From Candidatus Poribacteria bacterium (GTDB taxonomy: Bacteria; Poribacteria; WGA-4E; UBA9662): a stretch of DNA of 64,000 nt. Positions 21,656 through 32,432 of this stretch are shown piece after piece. The notes beneath the pieces were generated by a model that saw nothing but the letters and a program-made list of their open reading frames with translations, did no database searches and was not told where the DNA came from. The DNA lies in assembly GCA_036339735.1 (NCBI GenBank), contig JAYZAL010000064.1, forward strand, positions 1 to 64,000, written 5' to 3'. How positions within the stretch are numbered: the first letter of the stretch is position 1; each line of letters opens with the position of its first letter. The position numbers and the translations under genes were made by a program.

Positions 21656-22879
21656 ATGTCTAAAAAATTGGCTATTGACGGTGGAATACCAGTCCGATCT
21701 AATCAACCTTGGTTGACTTGGCCCTTAGTTAACCAACAAGAATGGGAAACTGAAATCGAGCCCAAAATGCGAGCTGTTTATCTCAGCGCTAACGAAGGTT
21801 TACCTGGTACAAAATCACAAGAATTTAGTCAGTCTTATGCTAATTATACTGGTACTAAATATGCTACTTTTTTACCACATGGTACTGACGCCATTAGCGC
21901 TGCTGTTTCCGCTGTATTAGATCTTGATGGATTTGGGGACGGTGGGGAAATCATTACCACTAACTACACCTTTGTTGCTACCGCTTCAGCTGTTCTCGAT
22001 AGAAGATGTTCAGTGGCTTTCGTTGATATTGATTCCGATAATTTTACAATTGACCCTACCGCTTTAGAATCTGCTATTACTGACCGTACGAGGGCTATCT
22101 TAGTAGTTCACCTCGGTGGGCACCCAGCTGACATGTTCACCATTAATCAGATTGCACAAAAACATGGTTTAAAAGTTATCGAAGATTGTGCTCAAGCACA
22201 CGGTGCCGAATCCAACGGTAAAAAAGTCGGATCTCTGGGTGATGCTGGAGCCTTCAGTTTTCAATCATCAAAGAACTTAACCTCTGGCGAAGGAGGTATG
22301 GTTACCACTAATGATGAAATGACCCATCATTTAGTACACGCCTTTATGAATGTTGGGCGGGAACCATCCGGTGCAAGATGGGAATACCCAAGACTTGGTT
22401 GGAATTATCGACCATCCGAGTACTTAGCAGTATTACTAATGAAGAGGCTAGAAAAATTGGAAGTGCAAACCGATATTCGTAATGCCAATGCAAATTATCT
22501 GTCGGCCGAATTGAAACAAATTGAAGGAATTATACCTCCACACAACAGTCATTGGGTTACGAAGCATGGATATCATCTTTATATGATGCGTTATCAATCA
22601 GAAGCATTTGGTGGGAAATCGCGAGCCGAATTCATGCGGGCTCTCGAAGCAGAGGGTATCCCGGTATCCAGTGGGTATGGACAACCATTGTCCCAAGAAG
22701 GTGGCATGCAACGAGTATTCGACCAATACCCACATCTGATTCGAGTATTACCTTGTCCGAATGTAGAGCGAGTTTGTTCAGAGAGTATCTGGTTATTTCA
22801 AAACATTCTGCTCGGCTCACAAAAAGATATGGATCAAATTATAGAAGCGACAACCAAAATCCAAGGAGCTTGGAGTTAG
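21656..22879 (+). CDS. DegT/DnrJ/EryC1/StrS PLP aminotransferase
   Basis: TFVATA, VHLGG, IEDCAQAHG, SFQSSKNLTSGEGG. Confidence 0.95.
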   Translation: MSKKLAIDGGIPVRSNQPWLTWPLVNQQEWETEIEPKMRAVYLSANEGLPGTKSQEFSQSYANYTGTKYATFLPHGTDAISAAVSAVLDLDGFGDGGEIITTNYTFVATASAVLDRRCSVAFVDIDSDNFTIDPTALESAITDRTRAILVVHLGGHPADMFTINQIAQKHGLKVIEDCAQAHGAESNGKKVGSLGDAGAFSFQSSKNLTSGEGGMVTTNDEMTHHLVHAFMNVGREPSGARWEYPRLGWNYRPSEYLAVLLMKRLEKLEVQTDIRNANANYLSAELKQIEGIIPPHNSHWVTKHGYHLYMMRYQSEAFGGKSRAEFMRALEAEGIPVSSGYGQPLSQEGGMQRVFDQYPHLIRVLPCPNVERVCSESIWLFQNILLGSQKDMDQIIEATTKIQGAWS

Positions 22880-23056
22880 TAGCATATTACTACCCTGTTG
22901 TATGCGCATGTATTTAACTGCGTACTATGTTTTGTATCTTACCTTCATTTTATAAAAATGCCTGTAATCATTTATGAATGACTTGATAATTTGTAAAACA
23001 GAATTTCCGTATGGAGGTCCATCGGTAAATAAACACATCAGTTTAGCCTGACTGGT

Positions 23057-24187
23057 TTAATTCTGTGTATTCAACAATGGGTGAACTCGATCCTGTAATG
23101 GAATTTTCAGGCGGGAACCATTCGATAGATGGGAAAGGTAAACCCCTTGAACCATTTCAGAAATATAAATAGCGTTTTGTACGCTGGACAGTGGATCTCG
23201 ATTTTCTTCTATTGACTCAATCAGATCTTGGATCAAAATCTGGTTGCCCAAATGAAGGAAAGTCTTCCAAAGCCTTTCTTCATCGTATAAATCATGCCAG
23301 CCGGGCACAAAAACCTTCTCCCAACCCAAATGAGCCTGATCAGGTAAAAAACGAGGGGCTGGATAAACAAAGTAATTTCCGGGTTCTCTTAACTCAATTC
23401 TGGCCAACTCACATTCTAAGGATAGACCAAATAGATTACTAAATTTTGATCGATTTGGAATAGCTAGGTTGGCGGTCGATTCGAAATAGCCGCGAATACC
23501 TTGATCAAAACCGAAGGTCGCACTGATCGAGTCGCCCATAATTGGACCGACGGGTTGTTTTCCCTGACGAGTATCACTAATAGTTGCATTTCGCCTGTCT
23601 TGCAGAATATGACCTGTAACCCAACGCGGCAAACCAGCAAAAGTAATCATCAGATCGAACAAATGTGTACCATGTAGTAAAAGTTCTTCACCACCACCTC
23701 TACTATCGTCTTTTGGTCGAGCCCACATACGTAAAAGTTGACCGTACTTATTGGACTTGACATCAATGATAGCCTTTTTTATAGCTGGCATAGCTCTCCA
23801 CTGATGAGCAATTGCCATCTTAATATTTGCTCTATCACAAGCCCTCGCAATTTTATCTACCTCAGCTAACTCGCTTGCTACTGGTTTTTCACAATAAATG
23901 TGACTGCCTACTGACGCTGAGGCTTCAACCATTGCTAAGCGCTCGGTAACCCAACCAGGAGCGATACTCACCAATTCTGGTTTTTCCGTTTTCAACATTT
24001 TCTGGTAGTCACGGTATAAATTTGACAGCTGTAGCCGCCGTCCAGCCTGTTGTAAGCCAATAGGATTGGTATCCGCGATAGCAACCAATTCGACATGGTC
24101 CAAACCAGAGAATACACGGTCAAGGCCATGTCCATAATCGCCCTGCCCGCTTGATCCGATTATCGCAGCCCTATACTTTTTTCTCAC
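23057..24187 (-). CDS. Gfo/Idh/MocA oxidoreductase
   Basis: AAIIG Rossmann start, HIYCEKP, GGGEELLLHGTHLFDL. Confidence 0.92.
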   Translation of the reverse strand: MRKKYRAAIIGSSGQGDYGHGLDRVFSGLDHVELVAIADTNPIGLQQAGRRLQLSNLYRDYQKMLKTEKPELVSIAPGWVTERLAMVEASASVGSHIYCEKPVASELAEVDKIARACDRANIKMAIAHQWRAMPAIKKAIIDVKSNKYGQLLRMWARPKDDSRGGGEELLLHGTHLFDLMITFAGLPRWVTGHILQDRRNATISDTRQGKQPVGPIMGDSISATFGFDQGIRGYFESTANLAIPNRSKFSNLFGLSLECELARIELREPGNYFVYPAPRFLPDQAHLGWEKVFVPGWHDLYDEERLWKTFLHLGNQILIQDLIESIEENRDPLSSVQNAIYISEMVQGVYLSHLSNGSRLKIPLQDRVHPLLNTQN

Positions 24188-24486
24188 TATCTTTTATTAC
24201 CTTCCTACCTGTTCTCTATCTGTAACCTTCAGTTAATTGGAAATGTAAAGTTGACTAACTAGTTCATTAATTTACCTAATAAAGCGAGTATCAGTCCATA
24301 GGATACACAACGCCAATTTATCTTTCTATGCTCATATAAAGCAGGAAAGATAGATAATACGTTAGCCTCAAAAACATCATTGGCTTAATTTGGCTTTTGG
24401 TATCTCTTGAATACTGATGATCTCAAAGTACTTTTCCATGTCTACTTGAATAAAACTTGACTAGTTTTTTTCTTATTCAATTTCAA

Positions 24487-26199
24487 TTACATTCTTTCTG
24501 GAGTCGAAAGGCCAAGAATCCTTAGCCCATTTCGCAGAACGATTTGCAAACACGAAACTAGTGCTAGCCTTGCATAGCTAAGATCCATTTGTTCAACGTT
24601 TAACACCCTAGATTTGTTGTAAAAAGTATGAAATTGATTGGCTAAATCTTGTAAGTAGTTAACTAAGCGATGAGGCTGACGATTATCCGCAGCTGCAATA
24701 ACTAATTGTGGAAATTCGGCCATCTTCCTAATCATTTGTTGCTCATCTATCGAATTCAGTAAGCTTAAATCGGCCTTTTGAAACCCATATGCCCCAAGCC
24801 CTCGTTGGGTCATCTCACGAAAAATACTACAGGATCGGGCATAAGCATACTGCAAATAAAAGACAGGGTTATCATTAGCTCGCTTAAGGGCTAGGTCAAA
24901 ATCAAAATCAAGATGACTATTGTTAGAACGGTTTAAAAAAAAGTAACGAGCGACATCCACAGCGAAATGCTCATCAACCGATTCTGCCAATCGATCAAGT
25001 AGATTATCTAGGGTGATTAGTTGCCCTTTTCGCTTGGACATATCAACTTTCTGACCGGTGGAGTCGACCAAACTAACCTGCTGGATAATCAGGCATTCTA
25101 ACCGGCTTTGATCATATCCTAAAGCTCGAAGTAAACACTCCAGATGCGAAATATGCCCTTGGTGATCAGGACCCAAAAGATCAATCAACGTATGAAAACC
25201 ACGATTGAATTTGTTTTGGTGATAGGCTGCATCCGGAACAAAATAAGTGTACTCACCGTCGCTCTTAACTACGACTGTATCCTTATCATCACCAAAATCA
25301 GTCATTTTAAACCAAGTAGCACCTTCGGATTCATAGAGTAGATTTCGATCTTTGAATGACTGAATGATTTGTTCTGGGGCACCAGACTCACGAATATCTT
25401 TCTCGCTTGACCAGACATCGAACTCAACTCCAAATCGTTCTAGTGATTTCTTCTGATCAGATAGTAGCCGTTCAACGGCGAGATCACAAAAAATTCTAAT
25501 TCGATTATTTTCCGATAAATATAGGTATTTATTGCCAACTTCCTGCTTTAATTTTTCTGCCAATTCAACAAGGTATTCTCCCTGATAACCTCCTTCAGGA
25601 ATTTCCAGATTAGAGTGACCGAATTGCTGTCGGTATCGCACATCTAGTGATGCTCCAAGTCTCAGAACTTGTCCTCCAGCATCATTAATATAAAATTCGC
25701 TTGTTGCTTGATAACCAGCCATATTTAAAAGGTTGACAATAGTAGAACCAACTGCAGCAGCTCGCCCACTAACAATATTGAGTGGCCCAGTCGGGTTAGC
25801 GCTAACAAACTCTACAAGTATTTTTTTGCCTTGCCCGTGTTCAGTATGACCAAACTTGTCACCACGCAGATAAATTTCTTTTAAGGAAGAAGTCATCCAG
25901 TTATTATCAATGAAAATATTAATAAAACCTGGACCTGCCACGTCAATCCGGTTGATCAACGGTTGTTTTTCTAAATCAATTTTATCTACAATAATCTCAG
26001 CAACCTTTCGTGGCTTAATGCCAGCGGACTTAGCCAAAGATAAAGCAATTGGAGAAGCAATGTCGCCGTGTTCCGGGGTTTTGGTAGGTGAAAAGACAAT
26101 CTTAGGTATTTTGTCTATTTTTAGCTCGTTGATGTTTACTGCTATCTGGATCGCTGTTTCTAATACTTTGTGAATATCGTTTTTGATCTGTTCAATCAT
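24487..26199 (-). CDS. argS: Arginine--tRNA ligase
   Basis: HGD, AGPGFIN, EFVSANPTGP, MSKRKG, NPVFYLQYAYAR, PERM; ATG 26199 has a GGAG RBS. Confidence 0.98.
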   Translation of the reverse strand: MIEQIKNDIHKVLETAIQIAVNINELKIDKIPKIVFSPTKTPEHGDIASPIALSLAKSAGIKPRKVAEIIVDKIDLEKQPLINRIDVAGPGFINIFIDNNWMTSSLKEIYLRGDKFGHTEHGQGKKILVEFVSANPTGPLNIVSGRAAAVGSTIVNLLNMAGYQATSEFYINDAGGQVLRLGASLDVRYRQQFGHSNLEIPEGGYQGEYLVELAEKLKQEVGNKYLYLSENNRIRIFCDLAVERLLSDQKKSLERFGVEFDVWSSEKDIRESGAPEQIIQSFKDRNLLYESEGATWFKMTDFGDDKDTVVVKSDGEYTYFVPDAAYHQNKFNRGFHTLIDLLGPDHQGHISHLECLLRALGYDQSRLECLIIQQVSLVDSTGQKVDMSKRKGQLITLDNLLDRLAESVDEHFAVDVARYFFLNRSNNSHLDFDFDLALKRANDNPVFYLQYAYARSCSIFREMTQRGLGAYGFQKADLSLLNSIDEQQMIRKMAEFPQLVIAAADNRQPHRLVNYLQDLANQFHTFYNKSRVLNVEQMDLSYARLALVSCLQIVLRNGLRILGLSTPERM

Positions 26200-26534
26200 T
26201 TCAATTTTCTCCGTTGGGCTTTTCTTTTTATTTCTACACACAGAGCAAAGAAAAATGAGTTAGTTAACGTATTTAATTTCTGCTTTATTGTGTATTTGTA
26301 TTATTTAGGTTTACTTTTTATTTTTTGTTTCACACAATTTTTTATTTGTGTGCAAAGCCTCCAAACACAGCATAAAATTTGACGATAGACCAAGAAAAAT
26401 AAAATAGCCCTATGAAAACACACCACAAAATTTTTAAGGAAACGACCCAATGCAAAAATGCCCAACCTCTTCTGATATTATACTAAGTAAAAAATAATTG
26501 TGATTTGTATAATCAGAAACTTGAGATATTCGCC

Positions 26535-29500
26535 CTAAAATACATAAATAAACTCTTTTAGGTTGAATATAGCGTGTGTAAGGTCGGTCCAAGACTGAAG
26601 GTATATATCCTTTTCTGAAGATGTGCCATGTATCGAAGAATACAGGGAAACCTGTTTTTTAAGAATTTCTGAAGCCATCTCTATTTCTTCAGGAGAGGGA
26701 CTACGGGATAAGGCTTTCTCGAATATTTCTTGAATTTGTTTCTCTCGTTCTGTCTGTTGATTTAGCAAAATCTTCTTGGCCCAGAATTTAGCCTGATCCA
26801 TGACAAAAGGATCATTCATCAGGGTTAGGGCTTGGGATGGAACATTACTTCTATTTCGGCTACCAATAGTTGCAAAAGGTGTGGGCATATCGAACGTCAA
26901 CATCATTGCCGGCAGAAAATTTCGTCGTATTTCGATATATATACTTCTTCTACCATTCCCATCCAGTGGTCCACTCTCATTGGGTTTACCACGACCAATC
27001 ATAAATGGCGTCAAATGTACTTTCACACTTGGACCATACATCTCAAGATTTAGACGCCCCGAGACAGCTAGCATTCCATCTCTAATTGACTCAGATTCTA
27101 ACCGACGAACATTCATAGCCTGCAATAACTTATTGGTTGGATCGATTAATTTTGATTCAGCTGATTGGTTACTAGAAATCTGGAAAACTTGAGATAAAAC
27201 AATTTCACGAATAACACTTTTAACCGACCATTTATTATGGACGAACTGATGTGCTAAATAGTCTAATAGTTGCGGATGACTTGGCTCTTGTCCCATATGA
27301 CCAAAATTATCGACTGTTGGTACAATACCTCGTCCAAAAAGATGATGCCATATTCGGTTCACCATAACTCGAGCTGTCAAAGGATTTTCCTCTGAGATTA
27401 TAGATTCGGCAAGTTCTAATCTACCACTTCCTTCAGAATTAAATGGCAATGTTGACTGGCTCAGAACTTCTAAAAAACGAGACGAAATAGAAGCACCCTC
27501 TTGCCTGTAATCACCCGAAACATACACCACTCCTGGTCGGTTTGGACCATCTGTCATAGCAACAACTCGTTGATCTTCGGGTATTAGCTTCTCAAGTTTT
27601 ACATAGTCAGATAAGTTGATCTGTACGTTTTCTGCTGTTTTAAGTAGTTGATTAGACAACAAGAAGTTCAATAAATCAATATCACTCGAATCTGCTGACC
27701 CATTATACCAACGGTGAAAAGTGTGGATTAATGACTTCTCAAATTTTTCTGCTAGACTCGTTAGGCTCGAATATGATCCTAGATACGAAAGGGAACTCTC
27801 GTTTGGCTGTTGGTTAAATTTTACAGGTAATTGACCATTATGCAAAACTACTAAATCGGCTGCTATAAAGTTGTCATTTCCGCCGTCTTGTAGCAACTCA
27901 ACATAGGCTCGGTGTCCTTTCCAACGACTTAGGTCAAACTTATGCCAAGTTGGTTTTTTACTATTGACAGTATGCACTAATCCACCATGCAGTGGACCTC
28001 GAATAATTTGCAAGTTATTGATGACGATACGAATCTGAGCACCATGCCCCATTGCTCTGATATGAATGAAGTCATGTTTTACATCAAACGTTGGTGAACG
28101 CAAGGCACCAGCTAGTCGGGTAGAAGATCCAGCACTATGCCAACTAGATGGAACTAGAGAAGAGATGTGCCGGTCAATACCACTAATTACTATATCTGCG
28201 TATTGGCTAGGTCGTACTGGGAAAGCTGTTGCCTCGATGCGCCAGTCTTTAAATTTCTCTCCAGATAAACTTCCTAAAACTCGGTATTCGTTGGTCGGAT
28301 TAACGGTTGTCTTTGACTGTTGTGAATGGTTATCCTGCACACTTATTGGATCATTTGAAAGTCGGCGGACCTCCTTCCACCAATGAAACAATGGATGATC
28401 TTTATTATCGAAATCACTTTTCTGTCTCGTTTCATACCACTTTTTCAACAAGTCAACTTTCAAATTCTCATTTTCGGTAGCCAGTTGTTCAATCATTTGG
28501 TGATAGTAATGATCAATATCGGTTGAAAGATTGCTCTGAAAAATATGGTCAATGAGAATATGCCCCCAACTTCCACTGTAATTATCGACGATCTCGAATT
28601 GAGCAATCTTACCCATAAAAGGTTCTACTGACCAGCTGACGGCTTCTAACTTATCCGCGTTTCTGCCAGTCTGGGTATGAACAATTTGACCTTCAATCCT
28701 CAAATTAGCACATGTTTTACCTTGGTGATTACCTCCGCCAATCAGAAAATTAATATAGGGCTTATTAATTTTGAAAGGTGAGGAAAGGAGTTTACCTTTC
28801 GGTTTGTCACTTTTTAAGTAGGAATTCGCAAATTGTCGACCTTGAAACCCATCTATGTCTTTTTGAGTGCTATTGTTACTACTAGCTGGGAATTTTCCAA
28901 AAGCTGTACCCGAAACTGTCCAACCTTCATACGTGCCTGACTCAAAGTCACTAATCAGTGAGTCTTCTTTTTTGTTATGCTGTTTTCTTTTTTCCTGATA
29001 GTTCAATAGCGTGCGTGTTTTAAGTTCAGGTAAAGCGGTAAGAAAATACCCAATTTTCTTTATTTGCTGTGGCCAAGTATCGATAAAATTCTGTTTCAGT
29101 TCATGTTTGGAATGTTTTAACCGGTCAGTCAAAGACTGTAGCTTTTCTGGGTGTTGGATAGAAGCAAACGTCATTCTAGAATTTGCCAACGTATTAAAAA
29201 GTGCATAGTAGTCTGCAGTTGAAATCGGGTCAAATTTGTGGTCATGACATTGAGCACAACCGACGGTCAACCCAAGAAAAGTTTTACTTAAAACGTCAAT
29301 CTGGTTAGATAACCGGATGCTTTCATCTTGTTTAACATCTACTGGGCTGTGAGTAGCTTCTCCTAAGTGGTAAAACGCTGTTCCCATTACTGATTCATTG
29401 TAACCAAGCTGTGGATGAATCCTTGGCTCTGGTAGCAAATCACCGGCTATATGTTCACGAACAAATTGGTCGTATGGAATATCTTGGTTGAAGGCGCGAA

Positions 29501-30314
29501 TCAAGTAATCCCGATAAGGCCACACATTCCCAATGGAAAAGTCTCCTTCATGACCATAAGATTCTGCGTATCGTACTAGATCCATCCAATGTCGGGCCCA
29601 CTTTTCACCAAATCGTGGTGAGGCTAACAAACGGTCAACCAAATCCTCGTACGCTGTGGCAGATTTATCATCTTCAAACGATCGAATTTCTTCTGGCGTA
29701 GGGGGTAAGCCTATCAACGCATAAGTCAAACGACGAATTAACGTTTGTTTTTTCGCCTGGGGAGATGGTTTCAAGCCTTTCTTCTCTAGTTTATTTAAAA
29801 TGAAATGATCTATTCCCGTGATGGGCCAACCAGTGTCAATAACTGTCGGCAATTTCGTATATCTTACAGGCTGAAAACACCAGTGATTTGATCTTGCCTG
29901 AATATCAAAAGATTTGATTTCTGGCTGATGGGAATCTCTTGGATCATTCGCACCTTTCTTGATCCAAGTCTCAAAATCATCAATTATCTTTTTCGGTAAT
30001 TTCCCTTTTGGTGGCATAGATAAGTTAGGGTCCTGATAATTAATAGCTGTCATCAGAAGACTATTACTTGGCTGATAAGGAACAATAGCTCCACCCCTAT
30101 TTCCACCAACTATCCAACCGGGTTTACTATCGAGTCTTAAATTTCCTTTGACTTGAAGTCCACTATGGCAAGGATAGCAATACTTAACTAGGGCAGGGCG
30201 AATACGATTCTCAAAAAAATCGAAGGATTCAGTTTTTGCAGAATCTGGGAGAAAAAGTACTACCAAGAAGGCTAGAGTAGGAATATTAACAACTATCGCA
30301 AATGTTTTATGCAT
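26535..30314 (-). CDS. PSD1/planctomycete cytochrome c protein (DUF1549 + DUF1553) with inserted beta-sandwich domains
   Basis: FFENRIRP...CYPCH, WARHWMDLVRYAES, GCAQCHDHKFDPI, RVMVNRIWHHLFGRGIV, PSQALTLMN; two inserts resembling DFE.G...W...G.AF. Confidence 0.92.
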   Translation of the reverse strand: MHKTFAIVVNIPTLAFLVVLFLPDSAKTESFDFFENRIRPALVKYCYPCHSGLQVKGNLRLDSKPGWIVGGNRGGAIVPYQPSNSLLMTAINYQDPNLSMPPKGKLPKKIIDDFETWIKKGANDPRDSHQPEIKSFDIQARSNHWCFQPVRYTKLPTVIDTGWPITGIDHFILNKLEKKGLKPSPQAKKQTLIRRLTYALIGLPPTPEEIRSFEDDKSATAYEDLVDRLLASPRFGEKWARHWMDLVRYAESYGHEGDFSIGNVWPYRDYLIRAFNQDIPYDQFVREHIAGDLLPEPRIHPQLGYNESVMGTAFYHLGEATHSPVDVKQDESIRLSNQIDVLSKTFLGLTVGCAQCHDHKFDPISTADYYALFNTLANSRMTFASIQHPEKLQSLTDRLKHSKHELKQNFIDTWPQQIKKIGYFLTALPELKTRTLLNYQEKRKQHNKKEDSLISDFESGTYEGWTVSGTAFGKFPASSNNSTQKDIDGFQGRQFANSYLKSDKPKGKLLSSPFKINKPYINFLIGGGNHQGKTCANLRIEGQIVHTQTGRNADKLEAVSWSVEPFMGKIAQFEIVDNYSGSWGHILIDHIFQSNLSTDIDHYYHQMIEQLATENENLKVDLLKKWYETRQKSDFDNKDHPLFHWWKEVRRLSNDPISVQDNHSQQSKTTVNPTNEYRVLGSLSGEKFKDWRIEATAFPVRPSQYADIVISGIDRHISSLVPSSWHSAGSSTRLAGALRSPTFDVKHDFIHIRAMGHGAQIRIVINNLQIIRGPLHGGLVHTVNSKKPTWHKFDLSRWKGHRAYVELLQDGGNDNFIAADLVVLHNGQLPVKFNQQPNESSLSYLGSYSSLTSLAEKFEKSLIHTFHRWYNGSADSSDIDLLNFLLSNQLLKTAENVQINLSDYVKLEKLIPEDQRVVAMTDGPNRPGVVYVSGDYRQEGASISSRFLEVLSQSTLPFNSEGSGRLELAESIISEENPLTARVMVNRIWHHLFGRGIVPTVDNFGHMGQEPSHPQLLDYLAHQFVHNKWSVKSVIREIVLSQVFQISSNQSAESKLIDPTNKLLQAMNVRRLESESIRDGMLAVSGRLNLEMYGPSVKVHLTPFMIGRGKPNESGPLDGNGRRSIYIEIRRNFLPAMMLTFDMPTPFATIGSRNRSNVPSQALTLMNDPFVMDQAKFWAKKILLNQQTEREKQIQEIFEKALSRSPSPEEIEMASEILKKQVSLYSSIHGTSSEKDIYLQSWTDLTHAIFNLKEFIYVF

Positions 30315-30341
30315 CTTTCAGCTATTTTACAATTTAACTTT

Positions 30342-31856
30342 TTAAATCAATAACTCACTGCTAATTGGGTAGAATTTGTCAACTTGTCTTTGCAGATCCA
30401 TCGCTGTATTATGTTCAAAAGCGATTACTTCAATACGTTTGTTCTTTTGCTGAATTAGTTCTACCAAAGGACAAAAATCACCGTCTCCACTGGCTAAAAT
30501 AACCACATCTAGTATATCCAGCATCGAGACAATGTCGATAGCAATACCAACATCCCAATCTCCTTTTGCTGTTCCATCTCCACGTAAACGAAGGTTCTTA
30601 GTTTTTATTCGATACCCATTATATTCCAATAAAGATAAAAAACCAGATTGGTCAATTTCCGGAATTTGGACAATATATGCATAAGCAGCCACCAGATGTC
30701 GAGGCCCTACGGTGAGATCTAGTAACTTAATGTAGTCGAGCCGTGAGGCGTACCGATCTTTTGCTGCGTAAAACATATTCTGTACATCTACAAAAACACC
30801 CACTCTTGTTTGATGATCTGTAAAGTCGTCCTTAGGCGTTGTACCAGTAGTTTTTGTATCCCCTTCGCCTATATCAACATTTTGGACTGAGTCCGATAAT
30901 CTACACTTAATATCTCTAAGCGTTTGGTTTGAACTCTTGTGTATCCACTCTAATTTGTCAATGCTAGATTCAAAATCAGATACCACTCTATGAAGTAGCT
31001 TCTGACTTCTAGACTGCAAATCTTCTAGAGTGGATAATTCCAGATCGAGTTCGTCTTTTTTTTGTTTTGTATTCTGAATAAGGCTTAATTCTAACGATTG
31101 TTTAGCCAGTTTTTGTCTGAGTTGTTCTTTTTCAAATTCAATAGAACTGATGTGTGCCTGATATTCTTCGACTGCAATCAGTTCTTCCTTCCTAATATCG
31201 TCAGATATTTCGAGATTAACGTACTCTTGAGCCGAAAATTCGAGCTTCCCTTTTAGCTGTTTATTTTGGTGTTTTATTTTATCGTTTTCGATCTTCAACT
31301 CATCGATTCGATTTTTTAGTTCATCGGTTACTAAATTAATTTGTTCCTGTTCGTGATTACCTTTTTTGTCGGTCAATTCTTGATGTATATCTGTATTTCT
31401 AAATCGATTGGGTACAAAATCTAAATAATTACAATTCTTAAGTAAATTGATTCCATGTTTCTGAACACTTTGGCGTTTATCAATTAGCAAAGACCAAATC
31501 GTTGTTCCACCAATTCCTTGCGTGCTTAATTCTATTAAACAAGAAAAAAAATAATATATTTCCTTTGTATTCATATATCCAATTCGTCGTATTAACAGGT
31601 TACTTTTCTGACTCAATTTTTCAGTAATCAAATGGAAACTGGATAAAGAATAAAAGAATTTTTCTACTAACCAGTGAATGAGGAACTCTCTTTCATACTC
31701 CTTTGCTAAATTCACTTCCAGAAAACCAGCAAAACAATCTTCGACTAATTTAGTCAATTCGTTAGTACTAAAACAATCATCCAAAATGAAGGCCAGCTGC
31801 TTTTTTTTAATTTCTCCTTTAATCCAAACTAAATTCTGATTTTTTTGTTCTGGCAT
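30342..31856 (-). CDS. NYN (LabA/DUF88, PIN-fold) protein with long N-terminal region and coiled coil
   Basis: VFVDVQNMFY, KGDWDVGIAID, LASGDGDFCPL in the last about 155 aa. Confidence 0.88.
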   Translation of the reverse strand: MPEQKNQNLVWIKGEIKKKQLAFILDDCFSTNELTKLVEDCFAGFLEVNLAKEYEREFLIHWLVEKFFYSLSSFHLITEKLSQKSNLLIRRIGYMNTKEIYYFFSCLIELSTQGIGGTTIWSLLIDKRQSVQKHGINLLKNCNYLDFVPNRFRNTDIHQELTDKKGNHEQEQINLVTDELKNRIDELKIENDKIKHQNKQLKGKLEFSAQEYVNLEISDDIRKEELIAVEEYQAHISSIEFEKEQLRQKLAKQSLELSLIQNTKQKKDELDLELSTLEDLQSRSQKLLHRVVSDFESSIDKLEWIHKSSNQTLRDIKCRLSDSVQNVDIGEGDTKTTGTTPKDDFTDHQTRVGVFVDVQNMFYAAKDRYASRLDYIKLLDLTVGPRHLVAAYAYIVQIPEIDQSGFLSLLEYNGYRIKTKNLRLRGDGTAKGDWDVGIAIDIVSMLDILDVVILASGDGDFCPLVELIQQKNKRIEVIAFEHNTAMDLQRQVDKFYPISSELLI

Positions 31857-31877
31857 GATTGTTTCTCCCTGATTTTT

Positions 31878-32423
31878 CTATTTTGTATTATGAATGATCC
31901 AAGAAGTTGCAGCCATTAGGTTAAGAGCAATTTGGTCTGGCACTACAGCTTTTGTGTTTTCCTGTCTAATAGGCAAATTTTGGCCAACGAGACACGTCTT
32001 ACAATTGACCTTTCGGCCTGCTACTATATCTCGCAAGGAATCTCCGACCAGAAAACGATTCGTGGAATCAATACAAAAATCTACCAATGCTTTTTCTAGT
32101 AAACCTGATTTAGGTTTTCGGCAGAAGCAATCGTCCTTATCTTCATGAGGACAGTAGTAAATAGCGTCAATTTTTCCGCCAGCTATAACTATTTGTTCGA
32201 GCATTTTTTCGTGGATTGAGTCGAGCTTGTCGGCTTGAAGAATGCCCTTGTTAACACAAGCCTGATTTGTAACAATAATCAACTGGTATCCTTTGTCGGT
32301 CAATTGGCAAATGGCATCAATTGCATCCGGCAAAAACTCAAATTCATTCCAGTTTTTTACGTAGTCGTTGGGGCGCAAGCGATTGATCACACCATCTCTG
32401 TCCAAAAATACAGTTTTCATCAC
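31878..32423 (-). CDS. gmhB: D-glycero-D-manno-heptose-1,7-bisphosphate phosphatase
   Basis: FLDRDGVIN, VTNQ, CPH....C.CRKPK.G, VGDSLRDI. Confidence 0.9.
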   Translation of the reverse strand: MMKTVFLDRDGVINRLRPNDYVKNWNEFEFLPDAIDAICQLTDKGYQLIIVTNQACVNKGILQADKLDSIHEKMLEQIVIAGGKIDAIYYCPHEDKDDCFCRKPKSGLLEKALVDFCIDSTNRFLVGDSLRDIVAGRKVNCKTCLVGQNLPIRQENTKAVVPDQIALNLMAATSWIIHNTK

Positions 32424-32432
32424 AGGTTTTTG

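Noticed and set aside
26200-26534. T-box leader or long inverted repeat upstream of argS
   Set aside because: No GGTGGNACCGCG T-box motif; the apparent symmetry is low-complexity T-rich versus A-rich sequence
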